64,000 nucleotides of DNA from Cyanophyceae cyanobacterium (GTDB lineage Bacteria; Cyanobacteriota; Cyanobacteriia; Cyanobacteriales; Laspinemataceae): contig JBBQFN010000002.1 of assembly GCA_038321985.1 (NCBI GenBank), forward strand, positions 192,001 through 256,000, written 5' to 3'. The position numbers were made by a program, and so were the translations under genes. This document shows, piece by piece, positions 54,031 to 63,508 of this stretch. How positions within the stretch are numbered: position 1 is the first letter of the stretch; every line of letters starts with the position of its first letter. The notes beneath the pieces are model-generated. The model saw only the letters and a list, made by a program, of their open reading frames with translations. It made no database searches and was not told the origin of the DNA.

Positions 54031-55188
54031 TTACGATTCTTTGCCGATTTTAATCTTCGGAACATCTAACCCAATCTCGGCCATTGCATCTCGCCATTTG
54101 TCTATGCGCGTTTGAATCCGGTCTCTATTCTTAGTGGATGAGGTAATCGACTCGCTAAAGTCAGGATCTTGACATACTCTTTTGAGTGCCTCAATAATTT
54201 CAGGTTTGCTACTGCGAATATCCTCGGAACTTAAATAAGCAAACGAGAGCATGACCACATCATAAATCGCGCGGTTGATGGACTTTTCCCATCCCGTATC
54301 TAGGGTATAGCGCCGGAATGCCCCATAATCAAAGACCGCGAACACATCATCAATGGTTTTCCTAAAGATTTCTCGATGATGCTCGATGGTTTCATCGTCA
54401 AAAGAAATCCCCTGTTCTAGGTATTGGTCCAAGAATTTAGATAACGTCCCTCGATAGGCGATCGGATCGAAAAAGAAGGCAAAAAAGCGCAAAATCATTT
54501 CGCAATCTTGCATACGTTTATCGATACTCAGCACCCGGCGAGTTTTTTGAAAAACCTCATCCTCGGACAGTTCTAAAATTAAATCATTCAACTTGCCGCG
54601 ATAGACGCTGTTGCGGATTTCCTGAGCATTCAGCGGGACAAAGCCGGTATTTAATCGCTCAAATACATCAAATTTAATATCCGGGTGGGATTCTTTGAGA
54701 ATGACAATACAACGAATGGTCCGAGAGAGGAGCAGACGTTGGTAAGAAACCTCAAGGTCTTGAAATTTTTTACGGTTAATGTCGGGCAGGATTTTTAACG
54801 CCCGTAAGGAAAATTCATCATTGAGAAACCGATAAATAGCGGTCAAGCGTTGTTGACCGTCAATGACGCTATAGGACCCATCATTGAGTTCTGCAAAATA
54901 GCAGACGGGAATGGGAACATTGAGCAGGAGAGATTCGATTAACCGGCTGCATTTGGTTTGGTCCCAAACTTGCCGCCGCTGAAATTTATCGGCCAAAACT
55001 AGAGTTTGGTCATCGATCTGAGCTTTGAGCGATCGGATCACAAAGTCATAAGGATGGGTGACGAGCTTTCTATCCTTAACTGGGATAGAAAGCTCCTCCT
55101 CTAACTCTTCTTCGTCTTCCTCTTCAAATTGATCCTCAAGTAGTTCCTGGCTATCTTCAACTTGAGTGCCAAGACCGTCTTCTAGCAT
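54031..55188 (-). CDS. DUF262 (GmrS/ParB-Srx-like) domain protein
   Basis: FQRRQVW, SRLIESLLLNVPIP, VIDGQQRLT, FERLNTG. ATG at 55188 preceded by AGGAGGGAGG. Confidence 0.9.
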   Translation of the reverse strand: MLEDGLGTQVEDSQELLEDQFEEEDEEELEEELSIPVKDRKLVTHPYDFVIRSLKAQIDDQTLVLADKFQRRQVWDQTKCSRLIESLLLNVPIPVCYFAELNDGSYSVIDGQQRLTAIYRFLNDEFSLRALKILPDINRKKFQDLEVSYQRLLLSRTIRCIVILKESHPDIKFDVFERLNTGFVPLNAQEIRNSVYRGKLNDLILELSEDEVFQKTRRVLSIDKRMQDCEMILRFFAFFFDPIAYRGTLSKFLDQYLEQGISFDDETIEHHREIFRKTIDDVFAVFDYGAFRRYTLDTGWEKSINRAIYDVVMLSFAYLSSEDIRSSKPEIIEALKRVCQDPDFSESITSSTKNRDRIQTRIDKWRDAMAEIGLDVPKIKIGKES

Positions 55189-55494
55189 TGCCTCCCTCCT
55201 TATTCTCAGCATCACTTGCTTTCTGGTGTCCTACAGGTATCTTTACTTGGAGACTATTTTGCGCTCCGGGGACCGAACCGGCAAGACCACGGTTTCCTGT
55301 AGCCAGCTTATTTTTCCAGTGTAACAGTTACCTGGACTCAAGGGGTTAGTTGAGTCTAAGTTTGGGGGGGCTTTGGCGGGAGGGGCGAAATATTCGCTTT
55401 GAGGAGAAGGAGTATATTCGGTAAGAGTTGTTGGGAGTAAGATGTTTCTCCCCCGGTGCAAAAATTGTCCAATTTATTGAGGTTCGCTATAGAG

Positions 55495-55524
55495 GTAGGG
55501 TGGGCAATCTCCGGCCTACTCTAC
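55495..55524. repeat. GTAG-type REP-like palindrome
   Basis: gtagggtgggc-aatctccg-gcctactctac. Confidence 0.6.
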
Positions 55525-55583
55525 ATTTAGGATTGAACAGGGTTAGCGTCAGTTCTATGATCGAAAGCTCTGCATAGAATAGC

Positions 55584-55611
55584 AAAAACCCGGATCAGAA
55601 ATCCGGGTTTT
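55584..55611 (-). terminator. Intrinsic terminator after the antiporter gene
   Basis: aaaacccggat-cagaa-atccgggtttt, perfect stem with A/T tails. Confidence 0.75.
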
Positions 55612-55633
55612 GAGTTGGGTTGCCTCAGTTCGA

Positions 55634-57700
55634 TTAGCCGGATCCCAACATGACTAGGGAACAAGAAAGCTGCTGGATAACGCTTGTGGTGACATCATCC
55701 ATCTCTAATCCTGACATGGTGCGCCGCCTGGTAGCGGAGAGAATAACCAGATCGTAGGCGATCGCCTCTTGGATAATCGCCCCTGGGATATCATCATCGG
55801 GGGTAATCACAATCTGAATTTGAGTTGGATTGCTCGGTGCTAATTCAGTGATTAAGGCTGAGAGTTGGGAATGGATTTGAGCATTCACCTCCTCGGGAGT
55901 GCGGCGATCGCAAACATGGAATAAGGTCACCTGCCCCCCATTCATCTGGGCTAAACTATAGGCAAACCGCACGGGAAACACTGCCCGCGCCACTAAATTA
56001 TCCACGGAGACTAAAATCCGCTTCATTTGGAGGGGAGAATCGAGCAGGCGCGTCACGGCTACGGGACAATGCGCTGTCCATAACAGGCGATCGATCACAT
56101 TCCCAAACAATCTCGCCCGCAGGGTTGTCGTTTCCCCCCATCCCATCACAATCAAACTGGCTTTTTGCTCCCGACTTGCATGGGCGATTCCCTGGGCTAC
56201 ATCATCATCAATGCGAACCGCTGGTTCTGCTTGGACCCCAAATTCTTGAGAAAGTTGCACCGCTGCGGCGACTAAATTCTCGCTTCTAACCAGAGCTGCA
56301 TCGACGGCGGAGGCTTCCATTTGCGCCATCACTCGGGCGATCGACAGAGGAACAATGCGCCCGCCTTCATGACGCACCAGCAATGCCGCCATTTCCACTA
56401 AATTCTTTTCCGTTTCCGGATTGTAAACCGGCACAATCACGGTAAAAAAGTCGTTAGGTTGGTTCCGTTCATCAAACGGAGTTTTCACCGTATCTAAATT
56501 GGTCGTCGGTGGGGTCAGACTCGCGGCGGCCCGCGCTGTCAAAAATGGCCCTAACGTGGCGGTGACTAACATCATGACAATCACCGTATTCAGGACTTCT
56601 TCACTCAACAAGCGCTCTCCCAAAGGGTTCAAGGTGTTGTATCCCACAATCGTTGCGGCCAGGGTTGCTGCCACTTGAGGAATGGATAGGGACCAAATTG
56701 CCAGGGTCTCGGCGCGAGTATAACGATACAGCAATTGAGTCAGCAATGCTGCTACCAATTTACTTGCTAATAATCCTAATATAATCGCTAGAGTTAACCA
56801 AAATGAAGTCAGAGTTTTGATAAAAGCGGGAACGTCAATGAGCAGTCCCAAATTTACCATAAAAATAGGAATAAATAGGACGCTTCCGACGAAAACTACC
56901 TTTTCTTTCACCGGACCGGAACCCATTGCTCCATTGACGGCCATCCCTGCTAAAAATGCTCCTACAATCTTTTCAACGCCAATGATTTGGGCACCAACAG
57001 CCGCTAAAAAAACCGCGAGTAATACAAATAAAAATTGATTGCCTTCTTCATCCCCTGACCGCCGGAAAAATTCCCGTCCGGCCCAGTCAAACCCAAACAA
57101 AATAATGCCAGTATAGAGGGTTAACAAAACTAACATGATGACCAAATTGGCGGCGCTAAAACTCCCGGCATGAACGCTGACGCATACTGCCAAGACCAGC
57201 AAGGCGGGAATATTGGTAAAAATGGTCCCGCCAATGGTAACCATTACGGCCTCATTTCCCATCAAACCCAACCGGCTTAAAATTGGATAGCCTAGAGGAG
57301 TATGAGAAGAAAGCAAAGACCCAATTAAAATGGAAGCATTCCAGCTAAATCCAAATATGCGAGCGATAATGGTTCCGAAAATTAGGGGGAATATAAAAGT
57401 GAGGCTTCCAAATCCAATCGAGCGATTTTTGACTTTTTTAAACTCGGTCATGTCCATTTCCAGACCGGCAACGAACATCAGGTAAACCACTCCTATATCT
57501 GAAAGGAGTTTCATGGTTTCTGATTGCGGCTGTAATAGATGTAATCCATTTGGCCCGAAGGCAACGCCAGCCGCCAATAAACCAATTAGTCCAGGCAACT
57601 GTAACCGTTCAAAGAAAATTGGCACGACTAAAATAATCGCCAACAGAACGGCAAAGGCAAAGATGGGTTCGTTTTTCAAAAAGTCGAGGGCGAGTTCCAT
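55634..57700 (-). CDS. Cation:proton antiporter (CPA2) with C-terminal universal-stress-protein domains
   Basis: About 12 TM helices; LMFVAGLE, SHTPLGYP, IVGAFLAG; two USP-like domains. Confidence 0.9.
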   Translation of the reverse strand: MELALDFLKNEPIFAFAVLLAIILVVPIFFERLQLPGLIGLLAAGVAFGPNGLHLLQPQSETMKLLSDIGVVYLMFVAGLEMDMTEFKKVKNRSIGFGSLTFIFPLIFGTIIARIFGFSWNASILIGSLLSSHTPLGYPILSRLGLMGNEAVMVTIGGTIFTNIPALLVLAVCVSVHAGSFSAANLVIMLVLLTLYTGIILFGFDWAGREFFRRSGDEEGNQFLFVLLAVFLAAVGAQIIGVEKIVGAFLAGMAVNGAMGSGPVKEKVVFVGSVLFIPIFMVNLGLLIDVPAFIKTLTSFWLTLAIILGLLASKLVAALLTQLLYRYTRAETLAIWSLSIPQVAATLAATIVGYNTLNPLGERLLSEEVLNTVIVMMLVTATLGPFLTARAAASLTPPTTNLDTVKTPFDERNQPNDFFTVIVPVYNPETEKNLVEMAALLVRHEGGRIVPLSIARVMAQMEASAVDAALVRSENLVAAAVQLSQEFGVQAEPAVRIDDDVAQGIAHASREQKASLIVMGWGETTTLRARLFGNVIDRLLWTAHCPVAVTRLLDSPLQMKRILVSVDNLVARAVFPVRFAYSLAQMNGGQVTLFHVCDRRTPEEVNAQIHSQLSALITELAPSNPTQIQIVITPDDDIPGAIIQEAIAYDLVILSATRRRTMSGLEMDDVTTSVIQQLSCSLVMLGSG

Positions 57701-57883
57701 GCAGGTGAGAGACTAATTTTTTTTATTCTATCTCAAGTTTCCCTGGATTTTAGGGGGATGATTACTTTGATGGGTGTGGTTCTTTCAATCGCTACAATGG
57801 CTTTACAGTTGCCCGGGAGTTGAGAAAAATTTGATGCTTTTTTCGGCGATCGTTACCTTTAGCCTTGCCAGAAAATCCGGAAA

Positions 57884-57905
57884 AATTGTGATGTAGATTA
57901 CATTT
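57884..57905. promoter_or_regulatory. Putative CRP/NtcA-family binding site
   Basis: AATTGTGATGTAGATTACATTT matches 19/22 positions of the CRP consensus AAATGTGATCTAGATCACATTT. Confidence 0.55.
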
Positions 57906-58021
57906 TTAAATCCCGAGAGATGCTATTGGTTATTTATGAAAATTAACCCGGCGATCGCCTCAGTAAAGCGGGTTTAAGAAAGAGTCATCCAATCTATAAA
58001 TAGCACCGTCTTCAGGAGCAT

Positions 58022-58627
58022 TCAAACTCTCCCTAGTTTATCAGGTTGTTGAGAATGGTCCTGGACTAACTGTTCGATCGCCGTCACAGTGCGCTCTAAT
58101 TCCGCAAATAATAGGGGGTTAACTGAAGTTTCCCGAAATGCTTCTACCAAGGCCCGATAATACCAGAGTGTGCCGGTTTTACCGCCCTTGAAACGGTCCC
58201 AAACAGACTCGGCGACTGCCCGATAATCTTGAAGAATGGACCGGCTATTGTGCAGTTTATCCGAAGCACTCACCAGCAGGACCGAGGGGGAAGCCTTAGG
58301 CAGGTGAGCGATATAGAGTTCCTTGCGCTCTTTCCAGGGGGGTTTGGGGTTAGTAGAATCGGTATCGGTACAGCCCTCCACAATTGCGGTTACAATATCC
58401 CCAAACCGGCAACGAATTTCTTCCCTTGTGGCGGCACCCCCTTGGTCCTCGATCGCATCATGGAGTAACGCCGCGATCGCCTCTTCTTCATTGGCCCCAT
58501 ATTCTAAAGCAATACTGGTTACCCCAAGCAGATGGGCAACATAAGGCACTCCCGAACCCTTGCGCTTTTGTTGCGCGTGGAGTTCAGCAGCAAAGGTTAA
58601 AGCCTGATTAAAGCGGTTTGATAGCAT
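58022..58627 (-). CDS. Stand-alone RelA/SpoT-type HD hydrolase (SAH/Mesh1-like)
   Basis: H..Q.RKG..PYVAH, AALLHDAIED, SDKLHN. Confidence 0.88.
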   Translation of the reverse strand: MLSNRFNQALTFAAELHAQQKRKGSGVPYVAHLLGVTSIALEYGANEEEAIAALLHDAIEDQGGAATREEIRCRFGDIVTAIVEGCTDTDSTNPKPPWKERKELYIAHLPKASPSVLLVSASDKLHNSRSILQDYRAVAESVWDRFKGGKTGTLWYYRALVEAFRETSVNPLLFAELERTVTAIEQLVQDHSQQPDKLGRV

Positions 58628-59015
58628 CGGTGTCCCTGGGAACGGAGTAGGATACGCTGGATTTTAACAGGTTCCGGACGGATAGAGCCTCACTCCAAAA
58701 TTAGGTTTTGGGTTGATCGGTGCTAAAAAATGCCGGATTGGGTGTCCGTAACTAGAGTTACTAGAAAAAATAACTCAATTTTTCAGGCACGGGTTAAATT
58801 ATCATAGAAAAATGTGAGGTAAAATACCCGGGATAAGTCTAGAGGCTTTTCTCTAAACAAGGTCAAAATCTGGGTTCGGTCAAGCTAATAGCCTAAACCC
58901 GTTCCAGTTTCTACCGGACTTGAGCCAAAATCCCAGCAGAAACAATCCTTCTCGTTTTAAAGAAGGGACTAGACGACTCACAGAATCAATTGCCGCTTTC
59001 GAGTAGATTGCAGTT

Positions 59016-61712
59016 ATGATGGAACAACAACAGCCCGAAGATGTAGCGGCTTATAACGAACGCTCCCTAAACACCCTATCGCGGGCGATCGCTCTATCTG
59101 CCGGACAGTTTTCCATAATTTTGGTGCGGTGCAATTACCGGCATTTACAAGCAGAAATGCTCCAACGACTGCAAGAACAGTGTCCGGTATCGGTAGCAAA
59201 AATTCAGTTACCCCCCTTAAGTACCACCTTATTTGGGACCATGATAGCGGAATTTGGGGAATTGCCTTCACTCCCCGGGGTCATGGTTCTGGGTTTAGAA
59301 TCCGCAGTGGCGATCGATGAATTATTGATTTCTATTGATTTAGTTCGGGACGAATTTCGCAAGCATTTCCCCTTTCCTTTAGTGCTGTGGGTAACCGATG
59401 ATTTGCTGCATCGAATTACGCAATTTGCCCCTAACTTCAAAAGTTGGGCGGGACCCTCCATTAAATTTGAAATTCCCACGTTTCAACTCGTTCAGCGCTT
59501 ACGTCAAACTGCCGAAAGTTTATTTACTTGTATCTTAGAAGCCGGTGCAGATCAACTTCAAGTCGGTGCTGCCATTGAACTATTAACTAATACCCATCGG
59601 CAGGAACTTTTTTGTGCTATTAAAGATATTGAACGGGCAGGGCAGAGTCTCGACCCCTATTTACAAGCTTGTTTAGACTTTGTACGGGGTTGGAACGCCT
59701 ACAGTCATGATGAACTGGCCCTCGCCCGCCAATATTACCACCGTAGTCTTGCCTTTTGGCAACAAGCGGTCCCCGAAGTCGCTTCCCGTAGCGCTGAGAA
59801 TCAACCGGAAGCAGTATCTACAGAGGATTTAGAACGCTATGGCTGTTTGCTGTTTTATCTAGGTGCCTGCTGGCATCGAGAAGCCCTGTTACATCGGGGG
59901 AAAGCCCAGGCAGCCTACAGCCAAGCACGAGATTACTTTCAACACTGTATCGCCACCTACCAGCAAGCCCACCGCCCGGATTTGATGGCAAAATTTATCA
60001 ATGCCCTCGGGGAAGTGTTGCAAAAACTCCGGGATCGAGATGGGTTGGAACGGGTGGCAGCAGTAGCAACCGAACTGCATCAACAGTATCCCGACCCGAT
60101 CGCCGAGGCACAGGATTGTGGCTACTGGGGGGAAGTCGCCCTCTGGAACTCCCAATGGGCGATCGCCAAGGAGCAAGCCTTAGCCGCCCTCGATATTCTG
60201 GAATCCTCGCGCACCGACAACTTGACGCCCCAAAAGCGAAGTTTCCTAGAATGGGCAGCCCGGTATCATCAGGGATGGTATTTATTATTGTTAGGCCGCT
60301 CACTCTGTGGTTTAAGTGAGAGTGAAGCAGCAATTTTCACCTTAGAGGGAGCGAAATTTCAAGCTCAACCGGAATGTAATCCTCAGTTGTATAGTGAGAT
60401 ATTGCGAGAATTGCGATCGCTTTATTTCAATCGCGGCGATCGCCTCACCGCCTTTGCCCTGAAACAGGAACTCTACACCCTGGAACATCAGTATGGATTT
60501 CGCGCCTTCATTGGTGTTCAACCCTTACAACCCCAGCTTCAGCCCCTCAATCCAACCCAACTGCTGCATCTAGGCATTGGCGATCGGCCCTTCCCCCTCA
60601 ATCGCTATTCCGGGGCGGGTATGATAGGGCGAGAAGCCGAGATTAACTGTGCAATTACCCGCATTGGCCGTCCTGACTATAAACTCACCCTAATTCATGG
60701 TCCAGCAGGGGTAGGCAAATCTTCCCTGTTGTACGCCGAGTTAGCACCGGCACTACACCAACGACAAATCGGACTCTATCTGGCGTTACCCATTGTCATA
60801 TCGATTCAGGGGAACTGGTTTCCCGTCGCCCTGGATGCTTTTAATCGCTGCTTTGCTCAGATAGGATGGCCCCTAGTTGAAGTCACGAGTGAGAGCAATC
60901 ACAGCGAGGTTCTGCAAACCCTGTGCGATCGGTTGGGGGAAAATAGCGATCGCAATGTGTTAACCGCCCTGCTGTTTGATGTTGATGCGGATTTATTTGA
61001 TTGCGCCCATGAGTCTCACCGTCAGCTTTTTTATAAATTTTTGCACGACTGTTTGAATATGCCATTTGTCAAGGCGATCGTCTGTTTGCGTTCGGAACAT
61101 CTTTCCGACTTGTTAGAGAACGAATGCTTGCGATCTCTAGAGTTTATCAACCGGGGCACCCGGGAAAACTTATGCTATAAGTTAGAAGAACTATCTATGG
61201 ATATGGCTCAACGAGCGATCGCCCGGTTAACAGAACAGGCAGAGTTTCCCCTAGAACCCGAACTAAGCGATCGCCTAGTGAGAGATTTAGCCCGAGGTAC
61301 AATCGCCGAAGTGCGAGGACTGATGTTACAGTTCATTGGTACTCAGTTGGAAGCCCAACAGATTACCACCTTAGCCGAATATCAAGAGTATGGTGGCAAA
61401 GAGGCATTACTCAAACGAGGAATTCGAGAGGCGATCGCAGACTGCGGCGTAGAAAATGAGGAGATAGCGCGATTCATCCTCCAGTCCCTTGCCACCCCCA
61501 CCCCCGATTGTGAGCAGTCGCCCACTATGTCCTATCCTTGCCGCAAAACCCTTGAAGAACTAGGGAGAGAAATTGGAGGTAGTCTGGAGACATTGGGGAT
61601 AGTCCTAGAGATTTTAGTGCAGTCGGGCTTACTATTTCGATTGTACGATAGCCCAATCGCTTGCTATCAACTGGTAGATGCAGAGATTTGTCGGATTGTC
61701 TTGCAAGGATAA
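59016..61712 (+). CDS. TPR-like region plus STAND (nSTAND1-like) NTPase, lacking a C-terminal WD40 region
   Basis: FPFPLVLW N-domain, helical repeats, GRE.E, Walker A GPAGVGKS, winged-helix-like end LV.SGL...YQLV. Confidence 0.8.
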   Translation: MMEQQQPEDVAAYNERSLNTLSRAIALSAGQFSIILVRCNYRHLQAEMLQRLQEQCPVSVAKIQLPPLSTTLFGTMIAEFGELPSLPGVMVLGLESAVAIDELLISIDLVRDEFRKHFPFPLVLWVTDDLLHRITQFAPNFKSWAGPSIKFEIPTFQLVQRLRQTAESLFTCILEAGADQLQVGAAIELLTNTHRQELFCAIKDIERAGQSLDPYLQACLDFVRGWNAYSHDELALARQYYHRSLAFWQQAVPEVASRSAENQPEAVSTEDLERYGCLLFYLGACWHREALLHRGKAQAAYSQARDYFQHCIATYQQAHRPDLMAKFINALGEVLQKLRDRDGLERVAAVATELHQQYPDPIAEAQDCGYWGEVALWNSQWAIAKEQALAALDILESSRTDNLTPQKRSFLEWAARYHQGWYLLLLGRSLCGLSESEAAIFTLEGAKFQAQPECNPQLYSEILRELRSLYFNRGDRLTAFALKQELYTLEHQYGFRAFIGVQPLQPQLQPLNPTQLLHLGIGDRPFPLNRYSGAGMIGREAEINCAITRIGRPDYKLTLIHGPAGVGKSSLLYAELAPALHQRQIGLYLALPIVISIQGNWFPVALDAFNRCFAQIGWPLVEVTSESNHSEVLQTLCDRLGENSDRNVLTALLFDVDADLFDCAHESHRQLFYKFLHDCLNMPFVKAIVCLRSEHLSDLLENECLRSLEFINRGTRENLCYKLEELSMDMAQRAIARLTEQAEFPLEPELSDRLVRDLARGTIAEVRGLMLQFIGTQLEAQQITTLAEYQEYGGKEALLKRGIREAIADCGVENEEIARFILQSLATPTPDCEQSPTMSYPCRKTLEELGREIGGSLETLGIVLEILVQSGLLFRLYDSPIACYQLVDAEICRIVLQG

Positions 61713-61855
61713 AGCAGACTTGATAAAAATTTTAAGCATAAATAATGGCTTCCATAGGAAGGATGTTATAATTTCAACTGAATCTTACTATTGAATATCC
61801 TAAATTCCTTGGCATGAACAAGAGCCATTGATAATGGATAATAGATAATTATGAA

Positions 61856-62521
61856 TTATCCATTATCAGCGGGCTGAAACTGCGCCATTAACCAGGCTCC
61901 GACTTGGGACTGGTCTTGGCTGCGGCTACGTTGCAGTGCTTCGTCTAGGGTCGCTATTTCTAGCCCTGGAAACATCACAGAGGAATCAATTCGCTGACTC
62001 CCCCGATCGCTCATTTGATATGCCAACACCTGCGATGTTTCCACGTTCACAATCCAATACTCAGCAATCCCCACCTCTTCATAGAGGAATCGCTTCACCG
62101 TGCGATCGTCCAACAGGGATGATTTTGCCACCTCCACAACCAAATCCGGCATCGGGTACTCTTCCAAATTTACAATGCCAGTGCCGCTAGGGATAGCGGT
62201 TGCCTTGTTGCCCACGTAATAAGCTAAATCTGGCTGAAATTCGACATAGCCGGTTTTGCGGAAGGAACAATTGTCTAAAATCGTGAACGGAATGCCTTTC
62301 AAAATGCCATAGAGATTAATGGCAAGGGCGATAATTCCATGATTTTTACTGTGGTCAAAGCCTACGGGTAGTTGCATTTCTAATCTCATTCGCCCATTAC
62401 TGTAATAGCCTTTGGATTTAGCATGGGCGGGGTCATCCAAAGCGCTAAGGTACTCATTCCAGGTGGCAGGAACCCAGGAATCGCTGGCGACTAAAGTAGA
62501 GAGTGGATTCATGCTGATCAT
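61856..62521 (-). CDS. Uma2 (DUF820) family endonuclease-like protein
   Basis: QPDLAYY, PDLVVEVA, K..LYE..GIAEYWIVNV. Confidence 0.92.
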   Translation of the reverse strand: MISMNPLSTLVASDSWVPATWNEYLSALDDPAHAKSKGYYSNGRMRLEMQLPVGFDHSKNHGIIALAINLYGILKGIPFTILDNCSFRKTGYVEFQPDLAYYVGNKATAIPSGTGIVNLEEYPMPDLVVEVAKSSLLDDRTVKRFLYEEVGIAEYWIVNVETSQVLAYQMSDRGSQRIDSSVMFPGLEIATLDEALQRSRSQDQSQVGAWLMAQFQPADNG

Positions 62522-62658
62522 CCCGGAGGAAAAATTGACATCTATTCTATGTTACTCGTCCTGGTGGAACTTTGGCAACCTGTAGCACCTTTTGCCAGAT
62601 GAATCGGATATAAGTATGGGTGGAGATTAAAACCCTCAATCGGTGATTCCTCTATTGA

Positions 62659-63013
62659 CTAAACTATTGGCGGTTTATCTCCGCTAATTTCCACTAATGT
62701 TTCACCCGATCGCAACAGTTCTAAAGCCCTAATCCGAGTTTTATTCAGAATTTCCCGCAACTGGGCATTAGAAGTGTTGCCACAGGTTAGCCAGATAATT
62801 TGTGGGGGTGAACCCAGACGTTCAACCAAGTCCACGAAGTCGCTATCTTTCGTGATGAGAATAGCTTGTTGAGCTTTTGCTGCTGCAAAAATTTCCAGGT
62901 CTTCTGCATCTCTGAGTCCAATATCACGCAATGACTAAGGCTTCTACAGCAAAAGTGTTAGTGAGCCAAGTTGCTAGACTTGGGGAGAGATGAGCATCAA
63001 TCCAGATAGTCAT
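62659..63013 (-). pseudogene. DUF5615 PIN-like toxin, frameshifted
   Basis: ATG 63013 reads MTIWIDAHLSPSLATWLTNTFAVEALVIA* (TGA at 62926-62924). LRDIGLRDAED...ITKDSDF...IIWLTCGN continues in the shifted frame. Total length 355 nt = 3n+1. Confidence 0.88.
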
Positions 63014-63234
63014 GGGACTAAAACCGGGTGGTTTAGTTTACGAGAAGCATAGAGTAGGCAAGCCTTGAGATCATCAGCTTCCAGATCTGGCATTTCTTCA
63101 AGGATGTCTTCCCCACTTAAACCGGCGGCAAACAAGTCAAGGACATCGGATACTCGGATTCTCATTCCTCGGATACAGGGGCGACCGCCACATTGTCTAG
63201 GATTAACGGTAATTCTGGAAAGTAGTTCGCTCAT
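63010..63234 (-). CDS. DUF433 antitoxin
   Basis: RITVNPRQCGGRPCIRGMRIRV..L...ILEEMPDLE..D..ACL.YA; stop codon overlaps the toxin ATG (ATGA). Confidence 0.93.
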   Translation of the reverse strand: MSELLSRITVNPRQCGGRPCIRGMRIRVSDVLDLFAAGLSGEDILEEMPDLEADDLKACLLYASRKLNHPVLVP

Positions 63235-63508
63235 ACTTGATGGTTCCCTTGTGCTTAGGTTCGATTCACGGTGTCGTTAATTTTAGCTTACTAGAAATTC
63301 CCCGAGTCCTGACCCACCGTCTTGACTAACGGGGGTCGCCAATCAACACCAAGGGCGACCCGAAAAACGGATGACAGTGAGATTGACTTAATTTATCCTT
63401 TCGCAACGCCTCCACCTGCGTTAACTCCTCCTGCATGATCAGGGGATTCAACTCTATCCCGGAAAGGTAGTACAATGACCCTGTACCCCCTTCCCTTATC
63501 TGTGCCCT

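Noticed and set aside
54031..55188. No perfect HIP1 site in the DUF262 gene as evidence of horizontal transfer
   Set aside because: Core genes such as serA and hspA also lack perfect sites here, and the segment is too short to be significant.
61826..61859. Short ATAAT(G/A)G-type heptamer run after the Uma2 gene
   Set aside because: Only about four degenerate units; ordinary STRR-like filler.
63258..63268. GGTTCGATTC resembling a tRNA T-loop next to the TA module
   Set aside because: The flanks do not form a T-stem and there is no cloverleaf.
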